Source: Marine Group II euryarchaeote MED-G38
Lineage (GTDB): Archaea > Thermoplasmatota > Poseidoniia > Poseidoniales > Thalassarchaeaceae
Direction: 5' to 3'
DNA length: 64,000 bases
NCBI GenBank assembly: GCA_002457145.1
Contig: NTJP01000005.1
Span: forward strand, 36,000-99,999
Below are positions 18,323-28,280 of the stretch, one piece after another. The number at the start of each line of letters is the position of its first letter. The stretch's first letter is position 1. A model generated the notes under the pieces. It worked only from the letters and a program-made list of their open reading frames with translations, did not search any database and was not told where the DNA came from. The translations under genes and the position numbers were made by a program.

Positions 18323-19117
18323 ATGAAGAAGTCATTAGCGAAGAATCCTAATATGCTTAGGACGATGATTGGAACTGGTCTAGTTCTAGTATTGATACTA
18401 TCTTATGCTGTGTATTCTAATACCTTAGATTCGGAATATTATGGATACAATACTACTAATGAATCAGAAACTATAAACCTCCAGTCAAATGAAGAAGGAC
18501 AAGCTAATTGGTATTTTACCTCTAAGGAGGCCATTACATGGATTAACGTTACAATTGAAGGAGTAGGAGCAGAATCCTCTACACTGATTATCGAAGCATC
18601 TGGAGTGGAATGGTATTATTCATCTTTATTGGGCATCGAAGGTGCCGACTTCTTCAATTGTGAAGACGGGGGATTTTCTGAAGTATCTGAATCTTGTTTG
18701 AGAGCATCTGTTCACGAGATTCCCATTGATAATGAAGGAGAACAGATAATCCATGGCAGAGTTTCATTAAATCTTCCCATTGAAGGACTAGGATATATTC
18801 AGAGTGATAATACTGCATTAGCAGAAGAAGAAGCTAGAAATATAATAGATAATGAAAAGAAAACTGTAACATGGAATTTAAAGGTTGTAAATAATGGAGG
18901 AGTTATTTCCGATGACAATATTACAATTAGTACTAGTATTGTCAAACATGAATTTGTTTCTATTGAAGAATTCAAATTAAATCCAGTTCAAGAATCTATT
19001 TACAGTCTTGCAACTTTAATTGGCTGTTTCTTCTTGCTTCTTTTTGTTCCATTAACAATATATTTCTCAGCACTGTATAAATCTAAAAATGATGATAAAT
19101 TAAGACTTGAAAAGTAA
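18323..19117 (+). CDS. Hypothetical membrane protein (N- and C-terminal TM helices, acidic extracellular domain)
   Basis: Hydrophobic segments at both ends; no family recognised. Confidence 0.8.
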   Translation: MKKSLAKNPNMLRTMIGTGLVLVLILSYAVYSNTLDSEYYGYNTTNESETINLQSNEEGQANWYFTSKEAITWINVTIEGVGAESSTLIIEASGVEWYYSSLLGIEGADFFNCEDGGFSEVSESCLRASVHEIPIDNEGEQIIHGRVSLNLPIEGLGYIQSDNTALAEEEARNIIDNEKKTVTWNLKVVNNGGVISDDNITISTSIVKHEFVSIEEFKLNPVQESIYSLATLIGCFFLLLFVPLTIYFSALYKSKNDDKLRLEK

Positions 19118-19122
19118 AAAAA

Positions 19123-19497
19123 TTAATCACTATATTCCCCTATATGCCAAGAAATATATGCCTTAGGTTTAACTATAGTGCACAAACGAAGATCTATAAA
19201 ATTTATTATAGATGTTTTGATCCTTTGTTTTGAGGGTAATATTTGCTCATTAAATTCTAATTCCATAATTTTTACAATTTCTACAAAACTATTTTTACCG
19301 TCCATCAAAAACCATAATCTTGAATTCATTAAATCTAAACGTCTTTTAATATATCTAGGAGATTTAAGTAAATTTGAAAGGATTGATTCAAGATTAGAGA
19401 AATCTTTCTTATACTCAATTATTATTTCATTTGATATGGTATCATAATACCATTTAACTGGCAACCTTACAGGTATATCATTATCTAAAATTAACAT
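19123..19497 (-). CDS. PqqD-family / RRE-like winged-helix protein
   Basis: RLDLMNSRLWFLMDGKNSFVEIVKIMELEF matches the PqqD pattern LD..g..iW..lDG..t..EI. Confidence 0.65.
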   Translation of the reverse strand: MLILDNDIPVRLPVKWYYDTISNEIIIEYKKDFSNLESILSNLLKSPRYIKRRLDLMNSRLWFLMDGKNSFVEIVKIMELEFNEQILPSKQRIKTSIINFIDLRLCTIVKPKAYISWHIGEYSD

Positions 19498-19679
19498 TAA
19501 TTATCACCAAGTATCCAAATTAGCAATGATACCATAGATGAAACTCCTAACCATGCAAAGAATTTTGTTATATGGATTTTTTTTGTAAAATTTGATGTCC
19601 ACCAAGTTATAGAAGCAGATATAGCAGAAATTAATAGTAAAAATTCACTTCCATGAGGTAATGAAGTCAAATGATACAC
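19497..19679 (-). CDS. Small two-TM membrane protein (60 aa)
   Basis: Two hydrophobic stretches; abuts or overlaps both neighbours. Confidence 0.65.
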   Translation of the reverse strand: MYHLTSLPHGSEFLLLISAISASITWWTSNFTKKIHITKFFAWLGVSSMVSLLIWILGDN

Positions 19680-20225
19680 CTAACGTCTTAGCTTTAATGA
19701 ATTAGAATTAAGTGATTCAGCGAATTTAATTAATCTATCATTCAATTTTTCATCTATTATTTGACCGTTATCATTGAAGGAATTTTTTATATCAGCCATT
19801 ACCAATTGTTCAGGAATAGTCCAGCCATGCATCCAACGTACAGAAGTTCTCATATGGTTGAGTGTAGTAGTATTAGATTGACCTCCGAGAGTACTAATAA
19901 GGCCGAAAACTTTTCCAGATGTTTGATCAAAGGAGAGCCAGTCTATGGAATTTTTCATGACACCACTCATAGTACCATGATATTCAGGACTAGATAAAAT
20001 AAATGCATCAACTGAATTAGCCATTTCTTTGAATAATTTCACATTGGGATGTTCCCAACACCCATCTTCACCTACAAAAGGTAATGGATTTTTTTCATTA
20101 TCCCAAATAACTACTTCACAACCTAATTTTTTACATTCTTCTTTTACTAAATTAATCATATGGCCATTTGCTGATTCAAGACTGTAGGAACCACAGATTC
20201 CCATAATACGAATAGACTCAATCAT
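19680..20225 (-). CDS. NADPH-dependent FMN reductase (SsuE/ArsH-like)
   Basis: GICGS and SPEYHGTMSGVMKNSIDWL. Confidence 0.9.
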   Translation of the reverse strand: MIESIRIMGICGSYSLESANGHMINLVKEECKKLGCEVVIWDNEKNPLPFVGEDGCWEHPNVKLFKEMANSVDAFILSSPEYHGTMSGVMKNSIDWLSFDQTSGKVFGLISTLGGQSNTTTLNHMRTSVRWMHGWTIPEQLVMADIKNSFNDNGQIIDEKLNDRLIKFAESLNSNSLKLRR

Positions 20226-20340
20226 ATATTACCGTAGGGTACATAATTATTCAACCCATTCATTAAAATATTAAATATTGATAATTATGATAAAATCATA
20301 ATCAGAAAATACTTATGGATAATGTGTTAGGCGTGGAATC

Positions 20341-21600
20341 ATGACGAAAGTAGAATCGGCTTCAGATTCTAGCATCACAGAGATTATTCAAGAAGCATTA
20401 GAACTCTATTCAAAAGGAGAACATTCAAGATCATTAGAACTGTATAATTCTATACTTTTAATAGATAAAAATAATGTAAATGCTCTATATTCCAAAGGTG
20501 TAATCAAGGTACATCAAAATAAGATTAATGAAGCAATAAAATATTTTGAGAAAGTTAATTTTATTATGCCAAATCATCCCCCAACAATAGCTAATCTTTC
20601 TTACCTTTTAGAGAACATTTCTCCAAAAAAAGCTTCAGATTATGCCAAAATAGCATTAATTACTTATCCTGATATGGTTGAATTAAAAAGAATATCTAAC
20701 ATTAAGATAAAAGAATTAAAAGATCATATTCACGATGACGGTTTGGGAATACAAAACCAAAAATTAGTTGAATCTCCTGTTACTGTAGAAAAAGAAGAAG
20801 AGGAACAAGAAGAAGTGTTATTAATTTCCAAACCAGTTCAAAATGAAGACATAGATGTTTTGGACCTATTAACATTGAATCAAAAGACCTCTGAAGAAAA
20901 AGCTAGAGAATTAAATGATATAGGAGATTATATTGGTGCTGTAAAAATATGGAAAGAGATACTTGAAAGAAAATCTAAATCTCCTGAAGCATGGAATGGA
21001 CTTTCTGATTCATTACAAAAGGCTGGTTACATTGAAAAAGCGATACAATGTAAAAATAAAGCAAAAATGTTAGAGGCCGAGAATAAATCCACAAATATAG
21101 AAAACAGCATTAAAAATAACATGGAAAATGAGTCAGAAGAAATATTGTATCATGAAAAAATTGAAGAAGATTTGAATTACAAAGAAAGTGTAAATACCTC
21201 AATTGAATGGTACAATAAGGGAATAAATTTCCTTTCAGAAGAAAAAAGTAGTGACGCATTAAGTTGCTTCGAGAAGTCTATTGGAGGCTGCCCTAAAGAA
21301 GAAAAAGAACTACGTGTGAGAAGCCAGAATGGTCGTGGAGATGCATTATATCAAATGGGGAAATATTCAGAAAGCATTCTAGCATACCATGCCGCGATAT
21401 CTCTAGAACCTTCTTTTCTAACTGGTAGAACTCTGTATAATATGGGTCAATCATATGCTTTTTTAGAGTTATATGAAGATGCATTAAAATGTTTTGAACA
21501 ATCAATCGGAAGAGGATTAGAAAAGGATGGAATAGAACTTTGTAAAACCCAAATAAATAGATGCAAGTTACTTTTAAGGGAACAAAATAAAAGAAAATAG
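20341..21600 (+). CDS. Tetratricopeptide repeat protein
   Basis: Repeated TPR patterns (ALYSKG..AIKYFEK, WYNKG..ALSCFEK, LYNMGQSY..ALKCFEQ) separated by acidic linkers. Confidence 0.88.
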   Translation: MTKVESASDSSITEIIQEALELYSKGEHSRSLELYNSILLIDKNNVNALYSKGVIKVHQNKINEAIKYFEKVNFIMPNHPPTIANLSYLLENISPKKASDYAKIALITYPDMVELKRISNIKIKELKDHIHDDGLGIQNQKLVESPVTVEKEEEEQEEVLLISKPVQNEDIDVLDLLTLNQKTSEEKARELNDIGDYIGAVKIWKEILERKSKSPEAWNGLSDSLQKAGYIEKAIQCKNKAKMLEAENKSTNIENSIKNNMENESEEILYHEKIEEDLNYKESVNTSIEWYNKGINFLSEEKSSDALSCFEKSIGGCPKEEKELRVRSQNGRGDALYQMGKYSESILAYHAAISLEPSFLTGRTLYNMGQSYAFLELYEDALKCFEQSIGRGLEKDGIELCKTQINRCKLLLREQNKRK

Positions 21601-21603
21601 TTT

Positions 21604-23886
21604 TTATTCAATTGATTTACTAATAGTTATTATTACAGATTTACTAGTTGGGGTGTTACTCCTATCTGCTACGCTATCTAATGGTATCAAAGAATTAGAC
21701 TCAGGAAAATATGTTGCAATATTACTTTTAGGAATGTCATACGGAATGACAAACCATTTATGTGAAATTCTATTTTCACCTCGAAAATGTGAGGTTAGAT
21801 CAACTAACTGAAATTTTTCAAAGTTATTATCTTTAATATCTTCGGGATTCATAAATACTACTCTCCTTCCATTAGAAATACCCCTATATCTATCATTTAA
21901 ACCATATATTGTGGTATTATATTGGTCATGAGAACGTATTGTCATCATTAAGAATTGATTTAATTTGGCCTTCTTACTTGAGATATTGTGTTTAACAAAC
22001 TCAGCTTTACCCGATTTAGTATTAAATGTCAAACTATCTCTAGGAGGATTTGGTAAATAAAAACCTCCATTATTTCGTAGTTTATTGTTGTAATTATCAA
22101 AACCACCAATACAAGAACTAATTAGATTTCTAATGTTATCGTAATCAATAGATAAATTATGCCACTGTATTTTATTACGAGAGATTTTATTCTCTAAAGA
22201 TAAAGCAATACCTGCTACTATGGCAGTTTCTGATTTTAAATTATTACTAATTGGTTTAGAATTACCACGTGATGAGTGAACAACACCCATTGAATTTTCT
22301 ACTGAAATAATCTGATTACCTTGAGAAGTGTTGTCTATTTCTGTCCTACCCAAACATGGTAATATCAATGCTTTTTTCCCAGTAACAAGATGAGATCTAT
22401 TAGGTTTTGTAGAAATTTGAACTGTTAACTTACAATTTTTTAGTGCACTTGCAGTTAATTTAGTATCTGACATTGCAGATAAAAAATTTCCTCCCATAGA
22501 TAAAAATACTGTGTTATTATTATTTTTCATTAATTTTACTGCACCCACAGTATCGACACCATGATCAATTGGTGCATCTATTCCTGTATTTGCTGTTAAA
22601 GATGATAAAAAATCTAAGTTAGGTTTATGATTTATCCCCATTGTTCTATCTCCTTGGACATTAGAATGGCCTCTGACCGGACAAATTCCAGCGCCAGGAC
22701 GGCCTATGTGGCCACCTAATAATTGTAAATTAACTATTTCTTGAATTGTAGCAACAGAATTTTTATGTTGTGTAATACCCATTGCCCAACAAACTATAGT
22801 AGATTTTGATTTGGAAATTATTGCACCTAATCTCTTGATATCTTGTATACTAACTCCGGAATGAACAGATATCTCTTCCCAATCGGTATTAATAACTTCT
22901 TCCAAATATTCATTAAAACCATTAGTATATTTTTTAATAAATTCTTTATCATAATTTTCCCCTTCAATTATAACTTTTGAAAAACCTCTGAATAATGCCA
23001 TATCTCCATTAATATTTACGGAAATATGCTCATCAGAAATTTTAACACCTTTACCCAATAAGTCTAATGGTTTTTGAGGGTGCTTGAATCCTACCATTCC
23101 TGTTTCTTTTAATGGATTGATACTTATTACTGAAGCTCCAGATTTCTTTGCATCACTTAATGCTGAAAGCATTCGAGGATGGTTAGTTCCAGGATTTTGG
23201 CCTATTACTATAATTAAATCAGCCTTGTTAAAATCATCTAATTTTACTGTTCCTTTTCCTATTCCTATAGATTCAGTTAATGCTACCCCGGAAGATTCAT
23301 GGCACATATTTGAACAATCAGGGAGGTTATTTGTACCGAACCATCTAGCAAGTAACTGCCATAAAAAAGCTGCTTCATTACTAGTTCTACCAGATGTATA
23401 AAAAATTGATTGATTTATATCTTCTAAACTAGCTAGTTCGGTAGCAATAATATCGAAAGCTTCATCCCAACTTATTTTAGTATAATGCATACTGTTGGGC
23501 ATTAAAACCATTGGATCGGTTATTCTACCTTGTTTATTTAACCAATTATCTGATTTTAGAGATAGTTCATTCACAGACCAATTTGACCAAAAATCCGGAT
23601 CTGCCTTATTACTAGTTCTTTCATCGGCAACAGCTTTAGCACCATTCTCACAAAATTCAAATCGTGAACGGTGATTATCAGGGTCGGGCCATGCGCACCC
23701 AGGGCAATCAAAACCTTGGAACCTATTCACTTTAGATAAATTATAAATTGAGGAGACAAGATTATTACTCACACTATGAGAAAACGAAGCAAGAACTCCT
23801 GGGATTCCGGCCGCTGTCGATTTAGGTTTACTCAACTTTGGAGGATTTTTTTCCAAAGGTGTAAGCTCATTTACAGGACCCCTCAT
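21604..23886 (-). CDS. FdhF/YdeP-family molybdopterin oxidoreductase
   Basis: GFDCPGCAWPD, EFCENGAKAVA, YTSGRTSNEAAF, NNLPDCSNMCHESSG, RGHSNVQGDRTMG and RSHDQYNTTIYG. Confidence 0.93.
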   Translation of the reverse strand: MRGPVNELTPLEKNPPKLSKPKSTAAGIPGVLASFSHSVSNNLVSSIYNLSKVNRFQGFDCPGCAWPDPDNHRSRFEFCENGAKAVADERTSNKADPDFWSNWSVNELSLKSDNWLNKQGRITDPMVLMPNSMHYTKISWDEAFDIIATELASLEDINQSIFYTSGRTSNEAAFLWQLLARWFGTNNLPDCSNMCHESSGVALTESIGIGKGTVKLDDFNKADLIIVIGQNPGTNHPRMLSALSDAKKSGASVISINPLKETGMVGFKHPQKPLDLLGKGVKISDEHISVNINGDMALFRGFSKVIIEGENYDKEFIKKYTNGFNEYLEEVINTDWEEISVHSGVSIQDIKRLGAIISKSKSTIVCWAMGITQHKNSVATIQEIVNLQLLGGHIGRPGAGICPVRGHSNVQGDRTMGINHKPNLDFLSSLTANTGIDAPIDHGVDTVGAVKLMKNNNNTVFLSMGGNFLSAMSDTKLTASALKNCKLTVQISTKPNRSHLVTGKKALILPCLGRTEIDNTSQGNQIISVENSMGVVHSSRGNSKPISNNLKSETAIVAGIALSLENKISRNKIQWHNLSIDYDNIRNLISSCIGGFDNYNNKLRNNGGFYLPNPPRDSLTFNTKSGKAEFVKHNISSKKAKLNQFLMMTIRSHDQYNTTIYGLNDRYRGISNGRRVVFMNPEDIKDNNFEKFQLVDLTSHFRGENRISHKWFVIPYDIPKSNIATYFPESNSLIPLDSVADRSNTPTSKSVIITISKSIE

Positions 23887-23939
23887 AGTAGTTGACAGTG
23901 ATGACGTGTACATCAGGTCTTTTATAGAAATGTATAAAA

Positions 23940-24740
23940 TTATTGAATTCTCTTGGAACCTGAAAAAATTGTTATCTTATTTTTCTTAGCGAATCCAATT
24001 AGTGTCATTCCATGTTCTGTGGCTAAGTCAATTGCTAAACTACTTGGTGCACCTATGGCAATCATTATTGGAAACCCAGCCCTAAGAGATTTTTGGACAA
24101 GTTCAAAAGAGGCTCTGCCAGAGATGACTACGATTTCTTCTCTTATAGGTAAATTATCATTATTTAATGCATCTCCAATTAATTTATCCATGGCATTATG
24201 CCTTCCTATGTCTTCTGCAATGGAGATTAATGAACCTGAAATATCTATTCTGGCGCATGCATGAGTTCCGCCAGTAGAAGAAAAGAAGTTTTGTCCATTC
24301 TGCAGAGCGGACAATGCATTAGCGATTATATTGATATTAATATGAATATTATCCGATAGTTCGGGGCCATGAAGGTGTATTAAATTAGATATAGATTCCT
24401 TACCACAAATGCCACAAGAAGATGTCATGGTTAGTTTTCTATTGTGTTCTTGTGGGTTAAATTCTACATTATTAGATAAAATTACTTTATTATAATCAGT
24501 ATTTTCTATTATTTCAATTATGTCAGACTTAGATGAGATTATTCCCTCATTGTACAACAATCCTTTAATTAGATCGGAGTCATTTCCAGGTGTTCGCATC
24601 AATAAACCTAGTGAAAAATCTAAGTTATCTTTACTAGAAATTTTTATTGACAATGGAGATTCTACAGAAACATAATCTATATCTCTTTTGATTGAGTCAT
24701 CTTCAATTCTAATTATGTCCCTAGATTCGATGCCTTCCAT
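23940..24740 (-). CDS. fdhD: Formate dehydrogenase accessory sulfurtransferase
   Basis: MRTPG, SSCGICGK, TGGTHA, EDIGRHNAMDKLIG, SGRASFELVQK and APSSLA. Confidence 0.95.
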   Translation of the reverse strand: MEGIESRDIIRIEDDSIKRDIDYVSVESPLSIKISSKDNLDFSLGLLMRTPGNDSDLIKGLLYNEGIISSKSDIIEIIENTDYNKVILSNNVEFNPQEHNRKLTMTSSCGICGKESISNLIHLHGPELSDNIHININIIANALSALQNGQNFFSSTGGTHACARIDISGSLISIAEDIGRHNAMDKLIGDALNNDNLPIREEIVVISGRASFELVQKSLRAGFPIMIAIGAPSSLAIDLATEHGMTLIGFAKKNKITIFSGSKRIQ

Positions 24741-24830
24741 GTTACTCCGCAGAGGGTTTTCCGTTATGATTAATGGGTAGAGGAAGTATCAAACACAATT
24801 ATTCAAATAACCCCTACACTACAGCGATAT

Positions 24831-25217
24831 ATGGGTCTGTTAGATGGTTCTGGATTTTCATTACCAGTTTTCTCAGAAGTTAATGTAGTAGATGTTCAAA
24901 TTGATGTTACTGAATCAGCTCAGTTAGCAATGAAAAAATCGATGGAGGGAGATGAAAACACTCATGTATTGATAATAAGTGCTGAAGCAGGTGGATGCTC
25001 AGGATATTTATATGATATGAAAATTACTGAAGATCCGAAAGATGATAATTTCCAAAGAATAAGAATTGGAAATGTTAGCATACTAATTCACAATAAAGAT
25101 AGTTCATTATTAAACGGGATAAAGCTAGATTACAAAGACACCCTTATGGGAGGTGGATTTCAAATTGAAAATCCTAGTGCTGATCGGGAATGTGGTTGTG
25201 GACAATCATTCGGCTAA
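24831..25217 (+). CDS. A-type Fe-S carrier (HesB/IscA family)
   Basis: GGCSGYLY and NPSADRECGCGQSF. Confidence 0.93.
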   Translation: MGLLDGSGFSLPVFSEVNVVDVQIDVTESAQLAMKKSMEGDENTHVLIISAEAGGCSGYLYDMKITEDPKDDNFQRIRIGNVSILIHNKDSSLLNGIKLDYKDTLMGGGFQIENPSADRECGCGQSFG

Positions 25218-25231
25218 GGTGTTGAAAATTC

Positions 25232-26167
25232 TTGTTAAATTTATATCCCACAGATTTTTATTATGAAATAAAATCTAGTTATACAATTATCCGAGGAAAA
25301 GATGGAATTAAACATCTGGAAAGAGTACTGACAACCAAAATTGAGAATATTGAATTTGGAAATAAGCATGAGTCGCTTTTGTGTGATTTAAATGGAAGGG
25401 TTATTGATCTTTTGACCATATACATTATTAAAAATGAATTATTAATTGTTGGTAATTCTATAAAAGGAGACGAAGTAAGAAGAATATTATCAACAGGAAT
25501 ACCGTGGAATGAAGATATAATTGTACTAAATGCGGACGAAAGTATAAGAAAAGTTATATTATCAGGTGATAAAATAAATAGAATATTTAAAAATATTTAT
25601 GATTCCATACTAAAATTAAAAGATTTTGACTGGTTGGAAAGTGGAGATAATATTATTTCCACGAATAATCGACATAAAATTACTTCAATAGAAATTTTAA
25701 TGCCTAAAAATGAAATGAATATTATTAAAGAAAAATTGATAGAAAATAAATTTAAGATGATTAATGAAAAAGAATGGAATAAGTTTAGAATAGACGTTGG
25801 AATTATCAATCACAAAGAAATAGACAATAGGATACCATTTAATGTAGGGATGAAAGAGTTAGTTAAGATGGATAAAGGATGTTATCCGGGGCAAGAAATA
25901 CATGCTCGACTAGAAAGTCGGGGAAAATTAACAAAAACCCTAGTTAGGTTAAGCTGTCAAAATTTTCTGAAGGAAGGAGAATATAAAATTGATGGGGGCG
26001 GAAAAATAATAATTACAACTGCATATGATGGAAAAGGTAATAAATCTAAATTCTTAGGGATTATACCCATTAAATATGTTGAAATGGATAAAATAGTACT
26101 AACTAATGGAATTGAAATGGTAATAGAAGAAGTCGTTAGTTTTCAATCTCTAAATTTTCACCGCTAG
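25232..26167 (+). CDS. ygfZ: YgfZ/GcvT-like folate-binding Fe-S maturation protein
   Basis: Signature KGCYPGQEIHAR; adjacent to the IscA-family gene. Confidence 0.85.
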   Translation: MLNLYPTDFYYEIKSSYTIIRGKDGIKHLERVLTTKIENIEFGNKHESLLCDLNGRVIDLLTIYIIKNELLIVGNSIKGDEVRRILSTGIPWNEDIIVLNADESIRKVILSGDKINRIFKNIYDSILKLKDFDWLESGDNIISTNNRHKITSIEILMPKNEMNIIKEKLIENKFKMINEKEWNKFRIDVGIINHKEIDNRIPFNVGMKELVKMDKGCYPGQEIHARLESRGKLTKTLVRLSCQNFLKEGEYKIDGGGKIIITTAYDGKGNKSKFLGIIPIKYVEMDKIVLTNGIEMVIEEVVSFQSLNFHR

Positions 26168-27200
26168 ATATCCATTCAGATAAAGGCATGACTGGAGACA
26201 AGTGCAATGAACCTTTATCCCTGGTAAATAGGTATAATGTAGGTTTGAAGATGTCAATCATTTGTTTTTGGAAAGAATTCCTTACTGAGGACCCTCTTAA
26301 CCTGAAAAATATTAATTCAACTGTTATTCCTATTACTGTGGCCGTATAAAGAACAAGTAGAACACTTATTGAGAATGCAACGGGATCTGACAAGGATTGA
26401 TCTGCTCTTATCTGACCTCCATACATCAATTGCCTTGATAATAAAAATAGTAATCCAACTCCAACCCATGGACCTAATGCATTTTCAACGAAAGTATCCA
26501 TAGGAATTAGTCTACGATTAGTTGGATCTGCAAAAACCAATGAGCTCGCCGTTGCCGCTCTAATAACCGAAATAAATGAAACTAAAAAAATATAAACAAT
26601 TGCACTAACTAACATAATATTCTTTGCACTAATGGGCATGTATGATATAATCAGATAAGTGAATAATCCCAAAAAAACTGTAATTGGCATCCTATGTATT
26701 GAGGCTAAAACTCTGTCTAATTCTTTGGCACCATCATCCAATCTAGGTATTCCTATAATTTCCCAACGTGTTAATTTTTGAACAATTCTGGCAACCATAG
26801 ATAAGAGTGATTTTTCTATTAATAACCATTCAATTAATCTTAAAACGGGCATCATTGGTAATGTTATTATAGCCGCAAATAATCCTACTAATGGCCAAAC
26901 TATTAGGCTAGGGAAAAGTAAAAAATGCGATAATCTGAGAGGGTGTAAAAGGTCTGATTCTATACGTGCCTGTCTGTCAGAAGTTAAGTGAACTTTACGG
27001 GCCTCTGCATCTAATTGGGATCGATATTTACGAATGGGTATCCCTGCATCCAATACTCTTCTTACTTTCTCCCTGTAATCTTCTTGTTCAGGCTCCATCC
27101 CTACCCACCAGCGCCATGCAAAAGATACTGGAAGAGCAAGAATAACCGGACCTAATAGAATGAGTACTGCTGTAAAAAGTGTCTCAAGTGATTCCGCCAT
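26136..27200 (-). CDS. Hypothetical polytopic membrane protein
   Basis: About 6-7 hydrophobic segments; no family recognised. Confidence 0.8.
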   Translation of the reverse strand: MAESLETLFTAVLILLGPVILALPVSFAWRWWVGMEPEQEDYREKVRRVLDAGIPIRKYRSQLDAEARKVHLTSDRQARIESDLLHPLRLSHFLLFPSLIVWPLVGLFAAIITLPMMPVLRLIEWLLIEKSLLSMVARIVQKLTRWEIIGIPRLDDGAKELDRVLASIHRMPITVFLGLFTYLIISYMPISAKNIMLVSAIVYIFLVSFISVIRAATASSLVFADPTNRRLIPMDTFVENALGPWVGVGLLFLLSRQLMYGGQIRADQSLSDPVAFSISVLLVLYTATVIGITVELIFFRLRGSSVRNSFQKQMIDIFKPTLYLFTRDKGSLHLSPVMPLSEWISSGENLEIEN

Positions 27201-27304
27201 GTGTCACGCTGAAGATGTCATAGTCAATAATAAAGCGGTTAGAAAATCAATTAATTGTATGATTATAGATAAAGTTCATTGAATAGGCACCAGTGAGAAT
27301 CTAC

Positions 27305-28279
27305 ATGGCTAGAATATTAGTTAGTGATGGTATGGCAAAAAAAGCTATCGAGAGGCTTAAAGAAATTGGCTTTGAAGTTACGGAAAAACATTATTCACAT
27401 GAAGAATTATCATCTGGAATTCTAAATAACTATGATGCGATAGTAGTTAGAAGTGCTACAAAACTAACTGAAAAGGTATTATCAACTATTGAAAATGAAA
27501 AAGGTATTAGATTTATTGGTAGAGCAGGTGTTGGAATTGATAATATTAATCTTGAAGAGGCATCTAGAAGAGGTATATTAGTGTGTAATACCCCCCAATC
27601 ATCCACGCAAAGTGTTGTTGAGTTGACAATAGGACACCTAATCACATCTACTAGACATATTGCTACAGGAGATAGAAAATTAAGAGAAAATAACTGGGCA
27701 AAAAAAGAATTAAGAGGTACCGAATTGTCAGGAAAAAATTTGGGATTAATTGGGTATGGAAGGATTGCCCAAGGAGTAAGTGGAGTTGCAAAGGCCTTTG
27801 GAATGAATATTCATTGTTATGATCCATATATATCTAAGGAGTTCGCAAAAAAGGATGATTGTATTATTCATAAAAATATTGATGATGTATTTAAAAATTG
27901 TACTCACATATCAATACATTGTAATCTTAACGAAGAGACATATCATTTAGTCAATGAAGAAAGAATAGAAATGATGCCCGAATATGGCTCAGATGGAATG
28001 AAATGTGGAAGGCATATTGTAAATTGTGCCAGAGGGGGAATTGTTGATGAGGAATCAATAATAAGAACACTAAAGAATGGAGTTTTATCTTCTGCGGCAC
28101 TTGATGTTTTTGAGCAGGAACCATTGAATTTAAGTTTATTATTAGAGCAAGAGAACTTTCATGGTACACCTCATATTGGGGCTTCAACAATAGAAGCCCA
28201 AAGTAGAATTGGTGATGAAATGGTGATATTACTAAAAGATTTTTTCAATGGTGAGAGACCTCATTCAGCAATTAACTAA
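27305..28279 (+). CDS. serA: D-3-phosphoglycerate / D-2-hydroxyacid dehydrogenase (no ACT domain)
   Basis: VVRSATK, GRAGVGIDNI, GLIGYGRIA, VNCARGG, LDVFEQEP and TPHIGAST. Confidence 0.85.
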   Translation: MARILVSDGMAKKAIERLKEIGFEVTEKHYSHEELSSGILNNYDAIVVRSATKLTEKVLSTIENEKGIRFIGRAGVGIDNINLEEASRRGILVCNTPQSSTQSVVELTIGHLITSTRHIATGDRKLRENNWAKKELRGTELSGKNLGLIGYGRIAQGVSGVAKAFGMNIHCYDPYISKEFAKKDDCIIHKNIDDVFKNCTHISIHCNLNEETYHLVNEERIEMMPEYGSDGMKCGRHIVNCARGGIVDEESIIRTLKNGVLSSAALDVFEQEPLNLSLLLEQENFHGTPHIGASTIEAQSRIGDEMVILLKDFFNGERPHSAIN

Positions 28280-28280
28280 A

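Noticed and set aside
21604-23886. Selenocysteine formate dehydrogenase
   Set aside because: No in-frame TGA; the active-site position is Cys.
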